Below, piece by piece: positions 27,476 through 37,660 of a stretch of 64,000 nucleotides of DNA. The notes below the pieces were generated by a model that saw nothing but the letters and a program-made list of their open reading frames with translations, searched no databases and was not told where the DNA came from. Position 1 is the first letter of the stretch, and each line of letters starts with the position of its first letter. The DNA is from an uncultured bacterium (GTDB taxonomy: Bacteria > Planctomycetota > UBA1135 > GCA-002686595), in the NCBI GenBank assembly GCA_943787795.1, contig CALSNU010000003.1, positions 288,001-352,000 on the forward strand, written 5' to 3'. The translations under genes were made by a program, and so were the position numbers.

Positions 27476-28365
27476 GCCTCCACCTCTGCAGCGCGCTCTC
27501 GGGCGATGGGGCCGACCTGTCGGGCGACGTCGTCCACCAGCTGATCGAGCACGGGGGCCGTGTGTTCGGCGCGGGCCACGATGGCCGCGACGTCGAGGTC
27601 GTCCTCGCCGGCGACGTCCGTGATGGCCACGAGGGCGAGGCACGCCATCCCCGCATGGGCGGCGGCGATCAACGGGTCGCCGAGACGCTGCACCGACACG
27701 TCGCAGCCTGCGGTCTTGTGCCAGGCCAGCTCCGCCGGGGTGCAGAGGGCGGGGCCCGAGGTGCAGGCCGCGATCCCGTTGGTCAGGTCGAGGCCGCGGC
27801 GCTTCGCGGCGTCCCACGCCAGCTCGCCAAGCCGCTCATCGTGGACGCGCGTCTGGTCGGGAAAGAGCGGACCGAGTCGACTCTCTCCGAGCCCCCGGAG
27901 GGGGGAACGCCCGGAGAGGTTGAGATGGTCGACGAGGCGGACGACGTCTCCGGCGACGAGGGTCGCGCCGTCCGGGCTCGTGGAGCCGAGCGCGGTCCCG
28001 GCGGAGGTGTGGATCATCAGCCGGGCACCTGCGGCGCCGGCGAGCCAGACGGGGAACGCGCGGTTCCAGTCCGGTTCAGGGCCGTGCTCGAGGTCCGCGT
28101 CGTCCTCGATGAGCCAGACCAAAGCTACGCCGAGGCGGCCTGCGCGGAGGGTCACTCCGTGCCAGGCCGCCGGGACGCCGGGGACCTCGCGCAGGGGGAC
28201 CACCACGGAGTCGGTCATCCTGGCGGGGAGGTCGCCGGGTCCGGTGGCGAGCAGCAGGAGAGCGTCGGGGGAGCCGACCTCGGAGTCACGGAGCGCGTCC
28301 GCGGCCCGCGCCACCGACCGGTCCAGCGGATTCCAGTCCGCGCGAAGGTCTTCGTTCGAGCTCAT
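27472..28365 (-). CDS. Purine-nucleoside phosphorylase-like protein (NP-I trimeric type), active site degenerate
   Basis: DHLNLSGRSPLRG, GPLFPD, GP..TPAE, AHAGM, ITD retained; GRxHxYE and VGMS motifs absent. Confidence 0.75.
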   Translation of the reverse strand: MSSNEDLRADWNPLDRSVARAADALRDSEVGSPDALLLLATGPGDLPARMTDSVVVPLREVPGVPAAWHGVTLRAGRLGVALVWLIEDDADLEHGPEPDWNRAFPVWLAGAAGARLMIHTSAGTALGSTSPDGATLVAGDVVRLVDHLNLSGRSPLRGLGESRLGPLFPDQTRVHDERLGELAWDAAKRRGLDLTNGIAACTSGPALCTPAELAWHKTAGCDVSVQRLGDPLIAAAHAGMACLALVAITDVAGEDDLDVAAIVARAEHTAPVLDQLVDDVARQVGPIARERAAEVEA

Positions 28366-31300
28366 TGCTCCGCTCCGCCGTCCGAGAGGAGCATGACGAC
28401 CCAGGTGTCCCGGTTCTCATTGACGAGGCGCCCCAGGAGGGAGGTGCAGAGGCTCCAGTCTCCATCCTGTCGGGCGAGGATCGCGTCAGCCAGGAGTCGC
28501 GCGGCGCCGCGCTGGCGGGCGGCATAGGAGCCGCTACCGGGTGCCCGCTCCACCCACTCCTGGACCTCGGAGAAGGACTGCAGCGCCTTGGTCGCGGCGC
28601 CTCTGGTGACCCGTCGCCCATTCTTGCTCAGCGCCGGGTCGAGGGCGTCGATCAGTTGTAGTGAGGCGCTGAGGCCCATGAGGGTGGCGATACCCTCCGC
28701 CTCGTCCTCGGTCCAGCTGCGGTCGAGTCGCCCCTTGAACAGGTTGTCGAGGGCCTTGGTATTCGAGCTCCAGGCGGAGAGCGGGACGCGATCGGGGGCG
28801 CCGTCGGCCTCGAGCATGAGCCCGCCGGGAGCGGTTCCCAGGACGCTGACGTTCCCAGTTCCCCTCGGATCCATCACGCCGCGCCGACGCCAGCCCGGAT
28901 CAGCCCAGCCGGTGAGGAGCGCGCTCAGGGCGAGCTCGCTCTTCTGAAGGCTCGCGGCCATGTCGCGGAGTCGACTGGCGAGCTCGGGATCGCTGGAGAG
29001 CTCGGCGGCCTGGCCAAGCCGTTGGCCCGCGCTGGCGAAGGAGAGCTGGCGCAAGTCGGACTCGAGCTCAGCACCTAGCGAGGCCGCGACGGCGGTGCGC
29101 TCCTTGGCCTTGCGGATCGCGTCGAACGCCTCCTCGCTTCCCCGGAGGTCGTTCAGGCGCTCCCTGGCGGCGGCGGCGAGCGCCTCAAGCTCACTGACCG
29201 AAGCGGGGGCGCCCACGCCCAAGAGCAGGGGAGCCTCCTCCGCGGTGGGCAGGTCCGCGAGGCCGACAAAATCGCGCAGCGGGGCGCGCGTCCCGCTGAG
29301 GTCGCCGCGGGCCGCGGCCTTGTCGGCGGCGGCCATGGCGGCTTCGCCCCGGGTCAGCCCGATCTTCATCGCCCGGTCCACCAGGGCCGTGCGTGCAGCC
29401 ATGAACTCGGGGTCGGTGGCCAGATTCGCCGGCGCGACGATCAGGTTCATGGCGCGCAGGGCCTGGCCAGGGTGGAAGGGGCTCGCCTCGAAGTTGGCGG
29501 CGGCGGTCAGGGCTTCCAGCGCCGCGCTGATCCCGGCAGCCCGTGCCTGGGCCACGTCGGTGGCGGCGGAAGCACCAGATTCGATGAGCACGGCCTCCTC
29601 GAAGGCGCGCGCCGCCGCGTCGGTCCCGGCGAATTGCTCGGCCAGGAGGCGCAGCCGGGCGGCGCGATCTGCGGGGGTGAGCAGCTCCTCGTTGAGGGCC
29701 AGGGTGGCGCGCTCGGCCTGGTACTCCAGCTCGGCTTCAGCAGCGGGGGCGCCCTGACGGATGGTGACGCCGTTGGACGCTCCGCCGCTCGCGGAGCTCT
29801 CCCCGCCTTCCTCCGGATCCGGACCCGTCGCGGCATCGGACCCGCCGGCCGAGGGAGGGGCGGCCAGGCCTGTGCCACTGTCAGTGCCACTGCCGCTGTC
29901 AGTGCCACTGCCGCTGTCAGTGCCAATGCCGCTGCCAGTGCCAATGCCGCTGCCACGGCCACTGCCGCCAGGGCTGGTCTGCTCCTCGTCGGCCCTGGCT
30001 GTCGTGGCGGCGCCGCCGGTCTTGAAGGGTTCCGGCTCGGGGGCGGGCTCGTCCCCGCCGCTGATGACCAGGTAGCCCGCGGCGGCGACCGCCACGGCGA
30101 CCACCCCTGCGATGACCCCACCCTTGGAGCTCTTGCCGGCGGTGAGGCCGCCTGTCGGGGCCGTGCCGAGGTCGCCCGAGCGGATGGCCTCCAGCTCCTT
30201 CAGGAGGATGGAAGCGGAGGGCGGACGCTTGTCGGGGTCCTTCTCGAGGAGTCGATGGACGGTCGCCTCGAGGCGCGCGGGGAGGCCGGGGACCAGCGTC
30301 CCGAGCCGGGCGGGCTCCTCGGTCATGGCGGCGCGGAGGATGTCCCGTGAGGTCGGACCCTCGAAGGGGGTCTTGCCGGAGAGGACGCGGTAGGCAGTGA
30401 CACCGAGCGCATACAGGTCGCCGCGCGCGTCAGCGGGCTGGCCCTTGGCCACCTCAGGAGCGATGAAGTGCGGCGTCCCGAAGATCTTCCCGCCGCTGGA
30501 GTCCACGGTCTCCTGCTCCACCTGCACCGCCAGCCCCAGGTCCGCGATCTTGGTGACCCCGTCCTGATTACGCATCAGATTCTCTGGCTTGATGTCCCGG
30601 TGCACGATGCCCCGTGACTCTGCGTAGACCAGCCCCGCAGCTGAGTCCCGGAGGACGTCAAGGGCCTCGCGCCAAGGGAGCGGGCCGAGCTCCTCGAGCC
30701 TGGCCTCGATGGACCCGCCGGCCATGAACTCCATGGACAGGAAGTAGTGGTCTCCTGCCTGGCCCACGTCGAAGACGGTGACGATGTTCGGGTGGTTGAG
30801 GCGGGCGGCGGCGCGGGCCTCATCCTTGAAGCGCTGGACGAAGACCTGGTCCCCGGCGAGCTTGGGCTTGAGCACCTTCAGGGCAACCCTCCTGTCGAGG
30901 CTCTCCTGCGTGCTCAGATAGACGTCGCCCATGGCACCGCGTCCGAGCAAGCGGTCCACCTGATAACCCGTGATCGCGGGAGCGCCCGGCTGGGCGGCCG
31001 GCCTCGGCTTCGCGGGCGTGGACGAGGAGCGGGTCCGCGCGGCTGTGGGAGGCTCAGCTGTGGGAGGCGCCGCCGGGGCGGCGGGCTCCGGAAGGACGAG
31101 TTCCTCGACCTCTTCCAGGGCGAGCTCCTCGTGCGCGGGCTCCTCGAGCGCGGGCTCCTGTTGGCCGCCTGCGGAGCCGGGAGCGCCTCCGGCAGGCGTC
31201 CCCTTGGCCGAGGCGAGCGAGAAGATGCGGAGCTTCTTGGACCCGAGGAGAATCTCGTCGCCCTCGCTCAGGCGCGTGGCCTCCACGGGGGCACCGTTGA

Positions 31301-31508
31301 GCAGCGTGCCGAACTCCGAGCCCAGGTCGCGCAAGGCCCAGCCTCCTCCCTTGATGCGCCCGATCGCGCAGTGGACACCCGCGACGCCCTGGCCAGGTAC
31401 GACGAACGAGGCCTTCTCGCTGGACGAGCCGATCACGAGCTTGCCCTGGCGCGGGAGCTCGGCGGGGGCTCCGCTGGACCCAACCACTTCGATGTAGAGC
31501 GGTTCCAT
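28362..31508 (-). CDS. FHA domain + Hanks-type Ser/Thr kinase + TM + large C-terminal domain
   Basis: LGRGAMG, VALK, HRDIKPEN, DLG, GTPHFIAPE, DLYALG; FHA-like DLGSEFGTLLNG; TM GVIAGVVAVAVAAAGYLVI. Confidence 0.9.
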   Translation of the reverse strand: MEPLYIEVVGSSGAPAELPRQGKLVIGSSSEKASFVVPGQGVAGVHCAIGRIKGGGWALRDLGSEFGTLLNGAPVEATRLSEGDEILLGSKKLRIFSLASAKGTPAGGAPGSAGGQQEPALEEPAHEELALEEVEELVLPEPAAPAAPPTAEPPTAARTRSSSTPAKPRPAAQPGAPAITGYQVDRLLGRGAMGDVYLSTQESLDRRVALKVLKPKLAGDQVFVQRFKDEARAAARLNHPNIVTVFDVGQAGDHYFLSMEFMAGGSIEARLEELGPLPWREALDVLRDSAAGLVYAESRGIVHRDIKPENLMRNQDGVTKIADLGLAVQVEQETVDSSGGKIFGTPHFIAPEVAKGQPADARGDLYALGVTAYRVLSGKTPFEGPTSRDILRAAMTEEPARLGTLVPGLPARLEATVHRLLEKDPDKRPPSASILLKELEAIRSGDLGTAPTGGLTAGKSSKGGVIAGVVAVAVAAAGYLVISGGDEPAPEPEPFKTGGAATTARADEEQTSPGGSGRGSGIGTGSGIGTDSGSGTDSGSGTDSGTGLAAPPSAGGSDAATGPDPEEGGESSASGGASNGVTIRQGAPAAEAELEYQAERATLALNEELLTPADRAARLRLLAEQFAGTDAAARAFEEAVLIESGASAATDVAQARAAGISAALEALTAAANFEASPFHPGQALRAMNLIVAPANLATDPEFMAARTALVDRAMKIGLTRGEAAMAAADKAAARGDLSGTRAPLRDFVGLADLPTAEEAPLLLGVGAPASVSELEALAAAARERLNDLRGSEEAFDAIRKAKERTAVAASLGAELESDLRQLSFASAGQRLGQAAELSSDPELASRLRDMAASLQKSELALSALLTGWADPGWRRRGVMDPRGTGNVSVLGTAPGGLMLEADGAPDRVPLSAWSSNTKALDNLFKGRLDRSWTEDEAEGIATLMGLSASLQLIDALDPALSKNGRRVTRGAATKALQSFSEVQEWVERAPGSGSYAARQRGAARLLADAILARQDGDWSLCTSLLGRLVNENRDTWVVMLLSDGGAEQ
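29872..29970 (-). repeat. In-frame 18-bp tandem repeat (GTDSGS/GTGSGI) in kinase linker
   Basis: GTGCCACTGCCGCTGTCA x2 and GTGCCAATGCCGCTGCCA x2 as read on the + strand. Confidence 0.85.
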
Positions 31509-32362
31509 CAGTCGTCCTCGGCCCGCTTGAGGGCATCCGTAGTCAATGGGGGCTGGGGCGCTTGGTCGAGCGTCGCAGGGTGTGGAAGATCGACGAAGAG
31601 AGCGGACCCAACCCGGACGAGGTCAGAGCCGAGCTCGGTGGCGAGGGCCGCGTCGCCGCTCATCCCCATGGAGAGCTCGCAGCGGCGCTGGTGGAAGGCC
31701 TCGGGTACCTCATCTTCGAGGCTCCGGGCGAGCTCGCGCGCCTCCTCGAAGACCTCTCGTGCCGTGCGATGCGAGCGAAGCGGGCCCATGGCCATCAATC
31801 CACGGACGCTGATGGCGGGAGATTCCGCCAGCCGCAGAGCGGCGGCGGCGGCCTCGTCCCCTCCGAAGCCGTGCTTCTCATCCTCCCCGGTCAGGTTGAC
31901 CTGGATGAAGACGTCGATCTGGCGCCCGAGCTCCTCGGCAACGCGCGCGACGGCGTCCGCGAGGCGCTCCGAGTCGACCGAGTGCAGGACGTGCACGTGC
32001 TCCAGGACCCGGCGGACCTTGTTGCGCTGCAGGTGCCCGATGAAGTGCCACCGGGCCTCGAGACCCGCGCTGGCGAAGCGTTCGGCTCGTCGAGCGAACG
32101 CGTCCGCCCGATTCTCTCCGAGGTCCCGGCAGCCGGCGTCGAGGACCCACGCCGCGATGTCGTCGTCCACAGCCTTGGTCACCGCGACCAGGTTTGGAGC
32201 CCTCCGACCCGCAGCGCTGGCCGCCTCATTCAGCATGCCGCGGACCGCGTCCAGGTTGCGCACGAGAGCTGCCCGCCGGGGGTCCACCGGCGGCGAACCG
32301 CTGTGGGGGCTCCCATCGGGCTTATGGATGGCGGCTGGGGTCAGTCGGAGGAGCGGAGGCAC
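31508..32362 (-). CDS. yggS: PLP homeostasis protein (YggS/PLPBP)
   Basis: LVAVTK, LGEN, WHFIGHLQRNKV, HSVDS, LSMGMSGD, VRVGSALF; TATGCT 8 nt upstream of the GTG. Confidence 0.93.
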   Translation of the reverse strand: MPPLLRLTPAAIHKPDGSPHSGSPPVDPRRAALVRNLDAVRGMLNEAASAAGRRAPNLVAVTKAVDDDIAAWVLDAGCRDLGENRADAFARRAERFASAGLEARWHFIGHLQRNKVRRVLEHVHVLHSVDSERLADAVARVAEELGRQIDVFIQVNLTGEDEKHGFGGDEAAAAALRLAESPAISVRGLMAMGPLRSHRTAREVFEEARELARSLEDEVPEAFHQRRCELSMGMSGDAALATELGSDLVRVGSALFVDLPHPATLDQAPQPPLTTDALKRAEDD

Positions 32363-32395
32363 AGGGAGGGAGCATAGCCCCCACGCGTGCCGGAG

Positions 32396-34219
32396 TCATC
32401 GGACGGACTTGCCTCTGGCACCGTCGAGAGACAGTCGGATCACCCGGCTGGCCCCATTCGTCACCGTTCGGCGCTGGGAAACAGCGACGCCGGCGACCCA
32501 GACGACCTCCTCGTCCGCCAGGACCATGGGGACCAGGCCGCGCTCTTCGCGGGGGATGCCGGCCTCTCCCAGGAAGCGCCTCACGGGCTTGTGCCCGGGG
32601 GCGCCAGCGGCCTGAAACCGGTCTCCGGGGCGAGCGAAGCGAACCCGGAGCTCACCGATCCCGTCCCCGTCAATCTCCACTGAGGTGGGGTCAAGAGGAT
32701 CGAGGTCTGACTCTCCGGTCACGACTTCAGCGCAGATGGAGCGACCATCCTCCAGCTGGACGGCGCCAGGGATCCCGAGCGTCAGGCCGGCGCCCGCAAT
32801 GGGCGCTGACGACAGCTCCTGGCCGGTGCCGGTGCCGGTCGAGGTCGCGGGGATCGCACCGCCATTCTCTGCACCCGCCGGGTGCAGCCGCTCGGCAGGC
32901 GGGGTCAGGTGCAGCGCATCGGAGCGGAGCTGGACGGTCCAGCCCTCGTGGACGTCGAGGCGCAGGGTCCGACCTTGCTCGATGCTGTCTCCCAGCTCGG
33001 CGAGCAGGCCACGAGTGGGGCGACGCCCGGTGCCCTCGCCGATCAGCCGACCGAGCGCGCGCCGGAGCAGCGGGCCGCCAAGGGCCTCGAGTTCGGACCG
33101 GTCGATGGTCCCACCGAGCTCCGGCATGGCGGTCGAACGGCGCGCGGCCTCGTGGGCCACGGGCTGCCACTGGACGTGGCCGGTGCGGTCGGCGAGCTCA
33201 TCCTCGAACGACTCGATGGCCCGGGCGAACTCGAAGAAGTTCTCGACGCCCTCCTTGCCGCAGCTCTCCTCGATCTGGGGGAGGACCTCGTTGCGGACGC
33301 GGTTGCGGCTGAACTGAGCCCCGTCGTTCGAGCTGTCCTCTCGCCATCCAAGCTGTTCACGGCGCAGGGCGCTGCGGACCTCCTCTCGGCGCATCCCGAG
33401 GAGGGGACGCAGGACGCGGATCCCGGCGGGGCGGGCGTCTCCGGAGACGTGGCCCTTGCCCAGGACGGTCTCGCGCCGGAGGCCGGCGAGGCCCCCGATG
33501 TCCGAACCGCGCATCCAGCGCATGAGCAGGGTCTCCACGGCGTCGTTCTCGTGGTGTCCGGTGAGGACCACCGCGATGCCTGCCGCAGAGGCCTCGGCCG
33601 AGAGGGCCTTGTAGCGAGCCTCGCGGGCCCGGCCCTCCACGTCACCACCCTCAGGGTCGATCTCGGCCACGCGCCGGGCAAAGGGGACCCCGAGCTTGGC
33701 GCACAGGCGCGCACAGAAGGCCGCGTCGTCGTGGGACTCATCGCCCCGGAGGCGATGGTCCACGTGGATGGCGAGGACCTTGGGGCGGTTCTCCGCACGA
33801 GCGAGGAGATGGAGGAGGTAGACGCTGTCGGCGCCTCCGCTGAGGGCGACCGCGACCGGCGTGGAGGGGGCGATTCCCAGCCCATGGGCCAGGCGACTCC
33901 AGCGGGAGGACCACGGCCCGCTGGGCGCGGCGGTCTCTGCCAGTGAGGCGTCGGGCTCCGGTGAGCGCGCGTCGCCGTCCCGATCGCCGGACGTTGCCCT
34001 CTCGATCGCTGGGCGAGCCTCTCCGCGCGGGGACCCCTCGTGGCCCGGAGCGCCGCTGCGCTCCACGGGGAGGTCCAGGCCGCGGGCGCGGTCGAGCGCC
34101 CCGTCGGCCGGGAGGGGGTCGGCCGGGAGGCGATCGACGGGGAGGGATTCGGCTCTACCCTGACCCGCTTCGGCGTGATCGGGCAGGGAGAGGTGGTTGT
34201 TCTTGGCGCTTCCGGTCAC
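32396..34219 (-). CDS. tilS: tRNA(Ile)-lysidine synthase (start uncertain, long low-complexity N-terminus)
   Basis: ALSGGADS PP-loop, HVDHRLR, AREARY, GHHENDAVET, RPLL, DSSN, RNRVR; TilS C-terminal domain. Confidence 0.92.
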   Translation of the reverse strand: MTGSAKNNHLSLPDHAEAGQGRAESLPVDRLPADPLPADGALDRARGLDLPVERSGAPGHEGSPRGEARPAIERATSGDRDGDARSPEPDASLAETAAPSGPWSSRWSRLAHGLGIAPSTPVAVALSGGADSVYLLHLLARAENRPKVLAIHVDHRLRGDESHDDAAFCARLCAKLGVPFARRVAEIDPEGGDVEGRAREARYKALSAEASAAGIAVVLTGHHENDAVETLLMRWMRGSDIGGLAGLRRETVLGKGHVSGDARPAGIRVLRPLLGMRREEVRSALRREQLGWREDSSNDGAQFSRNRVRNEVLPQIEESCGKEGVENFFEFARAIESFEDELADRTGHVQWQPVAHEAARRSTAMPELGGTIDRSELEALGGPLLRRALGRLIGEGTGRRPTRGLLAELGDSIEQGRTLRLDVHEGWTVQLRSDALHLTPPAERLHPAGAENGGAIPATSTGTGTGQELSSAPIAGAGLTLGIPGAVQLEDGRSICAEVVTGESDLDPLDPTSVEIDGDGIGELRVRFARPGDRFQAAGAPGHKPVRRFLGEAGIPREERGLVPMVLADEEVVWVAGVAVSQRRTVTNGASRVIRLSLDGARGKSVR

Positions 34220-34676
34220 GTTGCGGACGGCCCGAGCCGTCGGGGCATGGGGTGAGACAAGCCGCGTCCTCCGTGAGTCGATCCAGGTGCGCTTGGGGCG
34301 CGTGGAACGGTGGAGATGTGGCCGTCAAGGGTGCGCGAGGCGGGTCCGAGGGCGCCTGGGAGGGCACTCTCGAGCCTGCCAAAGCAGGGATGGGGGGACG
34401 GATGCGATGCGGCAATGGGGGGAGTGCAGCCCGCTTCCGTTGATCCATTCGGTAGCCATCCGTATTCTCTGGCCGCCAATTCGGTCGGAATTCGTCATCC
34501 CCATCCGATTCGACCTGAGGGGCACCCTGGAAGGGCCCTGCCCGGATCGCCAGCCCCCAGGGGCTGAGCGCCACCGGTGACCGGCCCGGCCCTGTCCCTG
34601 CTCCATTCCAGAGCCTCTGCTGAGGCGCCTGGCACCCTCCCTGGTCCGGGTCAAGGACCTCCCCCAACCACTCATC

Positions 34677-35720
<1,044 letters not shown>

Positions 35721-35736
35721 GCGGCGCTCTCCTTCG

Positions 35737-36924
35737 ATGAACCTCGACGTCCCTGGCCTCGATCGCCTCGGCGACCTCACCGATAAGCGGGTGGTCGTCC
35801 GGGCGGACTTCAACGTTCCGGTCAACGAGGCCGGGGAGATCACCGACGACACGCGCATCCGCGCGGCGCTCCCGACCCTGCGCGAGATCCTCGCGCGGGG
35901 CGGGCGCCCGGTCGTCCTGGTGCACTTCGGTCGCCCCAAGGGGCAGGTCGTCGAGAGCCTGCGCGTCGGCCCCATCGGGGTCCGACTCGCCGAGCTGCTC
36001 GGGTCAGAGGTCATCACGCTCAAGGAGAGCGTGGGGGCGGCCGTCGAGGAGGCGGTCGCCGCCGCGCCCGCTGGGGCCGTGGTGCTCTGCGAGAACGTCC
36101 GGTTCCATCCGGGAGAGACCAAGGGGGACCCTGAGCTGGCCGCGAGCTTCGCGCGCCTCGGGGACTTCTTCGTCGGGGATGCCTTCGGCGCCGCGCACCG
36201 GGCGCACGCCTCCGTCTCCGGGGTCGCGTCGCTGTTGCCCTCGGCGGCTGGCTCGCTCCTGCAAAGCGAGTGCGCGGCCTTTGAGCAGGTCCTCAACGCC
36301 CCGGAGCGCCCGCTCGTCGCGATCCTCGGGGGCGCGAAGGTGAGCGACAAGCTGACGGTCATCGACAGCCTGCTGGATCGCTGCGACGCGATCCTCGTGG
36401 GCGGCGGGATGGCGTACACCTTCCTGAAGGTCCAGGGCCACACCGTCGGCGCCTCGCTGGTCGAGGACGACCGCCTGGACATGTGCCGCGCCGCGCTCAA
36501 GAAGGCGGCGGAGCGCGGGGTGGACCTCCTCCTCCCGGTGGATCATGTGATCGCTGACCGCTTCGCCGCCGACGCAGAGGCGCGAGAGGTCGATGTGGAC
36601 ATCCCGGAGGGCTGGATGGGGTTGGACATCGGACCCAGGACCCGCGAACTGTACGGGGAGCGCGTCAGGACGGCCCGGACCGTGGTCTGGAACGGCCCGA
36701 TGGGGGTGTTCGAGATGGAGCGCTTCCGCAAGGGGACCGAGACGATCGGAGAGGCGATGGCGGCCTGTGAGGGCACCACCGTGGTGGGCGGGGGCGACTC
36801 CGTCGCTGCGATCCACCTCCTGGGGCTCGCTGACGCCGTGGATCACGTGTCCACGGGCGGCGGTGCGTCGCTCGAATTGCTGGAAGGCAAGGTACTCCCG
36901 GGAATCCAGGCCCTCCGCGCCTAG
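35737..36924 (+). CDS. pgk: Phosphoglycerate kinase
   Basis: RADFNVP, DAFGAAHRAHAS, GGAKVSDK, WNGPMGVFE, STGGGASL. Confidence 0.98.
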   Translation: MNLDVPGLDRLGDLTDKRVVVRADFNVPVNEAGEITDDTRIRAALPTLREILARGGRPVVLVHFGRPKGQVVESLRVGPIGVRLAELLGSEVITLKESVGAAVEEAVAAAPAGAVVLCENVRFHPGETKGDPELAASFARLGDFFVGDAFGAAHRAHASVSGVASLLPSAAGSLLQSECAAFEQVLNAPERPLVAILGGAKVSDKLTVIDSLLDRCDAILVGGGMAYTFLKVQGHTVGASLVEDDRLDMCRAALKKAAERGVDLLLPVDHVIADRFAADAEAREVDVDIPEGWMGLDIGPRTRELYGERVRTARTVVWNGPMGVFEMERFRKGTETIGEAMAACEGTTVVGGGDSVAAIHLLGLADAVDHVSTGGGASLELLEGKVLPGIQALRA

Positions 36925-36927
36925 GAT
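36922..36927 (+). promoter_or_regulatory. -10 element candidate for a leaderless rpe transcript
   Basis: TAGGAT (includes the pgk stop codon) 7 nt upstream of ATG 36935. Confidence 0.45.
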
Positions 36928-36934
36928 AGACGCC

Positions 36935-37660
36935 ATGGGTTCTCATTCCCCCGAAGCGTCCGCGGGCACCGGCCCGATCATTGCTCCCTCGCTCCTTTCA
37001 TGTGACTTCTCCCGTATCGGGGAGGAGATGGCGGCCATCGAGTCCGAGGGTGCCGACTGGCACCACGTGGATGTCATGGACGGCCACTTCGTGCCGAACA
37101 TGACCTTCGGCCCGCCCATCGTGGCCGCGATGGGGCGCGCGGCGAGCAAGCCGCTCGACGTTCACCTCATGGTCTCCAACCCCATGGAGTACGCGACGGA
37201 GTACGCCGCGGCGGGCGCCCATGTGCTGACCTACCACTGGGAGACGGTCGGGGCCGGGACCGCGCGCGGCGCCCGGCAGGCCAACCGCGCCTTCCGAGAG
37301 GCGGGCGTGCCCAAGGTCGGCGTCTCCATCAACCCCAATACGCCGGTCGAGCCCCTCGGCGAGATCCTCGACGAGGTGGACCTCGTGCTCGTCATGAGCG
37401 TGTTCCCGGGCTTTGGCGGACAGCGCTTCATGGAGCACGTGCTCGAGAAGACGCGCTGGTTGAGGGCGCAGGGCTTCCGGGGGCACGTCGAGATGGACGG
37501 TGGGCTCAACGCCGAGACGATCCCGCGCTGCGCCGAGGCGGGCGCCGATGTCTTCGTGGCGGGCTCGGCGATCTTCGGCGCGCCCGACCGTAAGGCCGCG
37601 ATCGACGGCTTTCGAGCCAGCGCGATCGCGGCGTCCAGTTCTGAGGCCCGGGTCGGATGA
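36935..37660 (+). CDS. rpe: Ribulose-phosphate 3-epimerase
   Basis: IAPSLL, HVDVMDGHFVPN, DVHLM, MSVFPGFGGQ, DGG. Confidence 0.96.
   Translation: MGSHSPEASAGTGPIIAPSLLSCDFSRIGEEMAAIESEGADWHHVDVMDGHFVPNMTFGPPIVAAMGRAASKPLDVHLMVSNPMEYATEYAAAGAHVLTYHWETVGAGTARGARQANRAFREAGVPKVGVSINPNTPVEPLGEILDEVDLVLVMSVFPGFGGQRFMEHVLEKTRWLRAQGFRGHVEMDGGLNAETIPRCAEAGADVFVAGSAIFGAPDRKAAIDGFRASAIAASSSEARVG

Noticed and set aside
34220..34676. Long tilS-gap intergenic region as a possible ncRNA or riboswitch
   Set aside because: No recognisable RNA family motif; consistent with divergent promoters (TATTCT near 34463)
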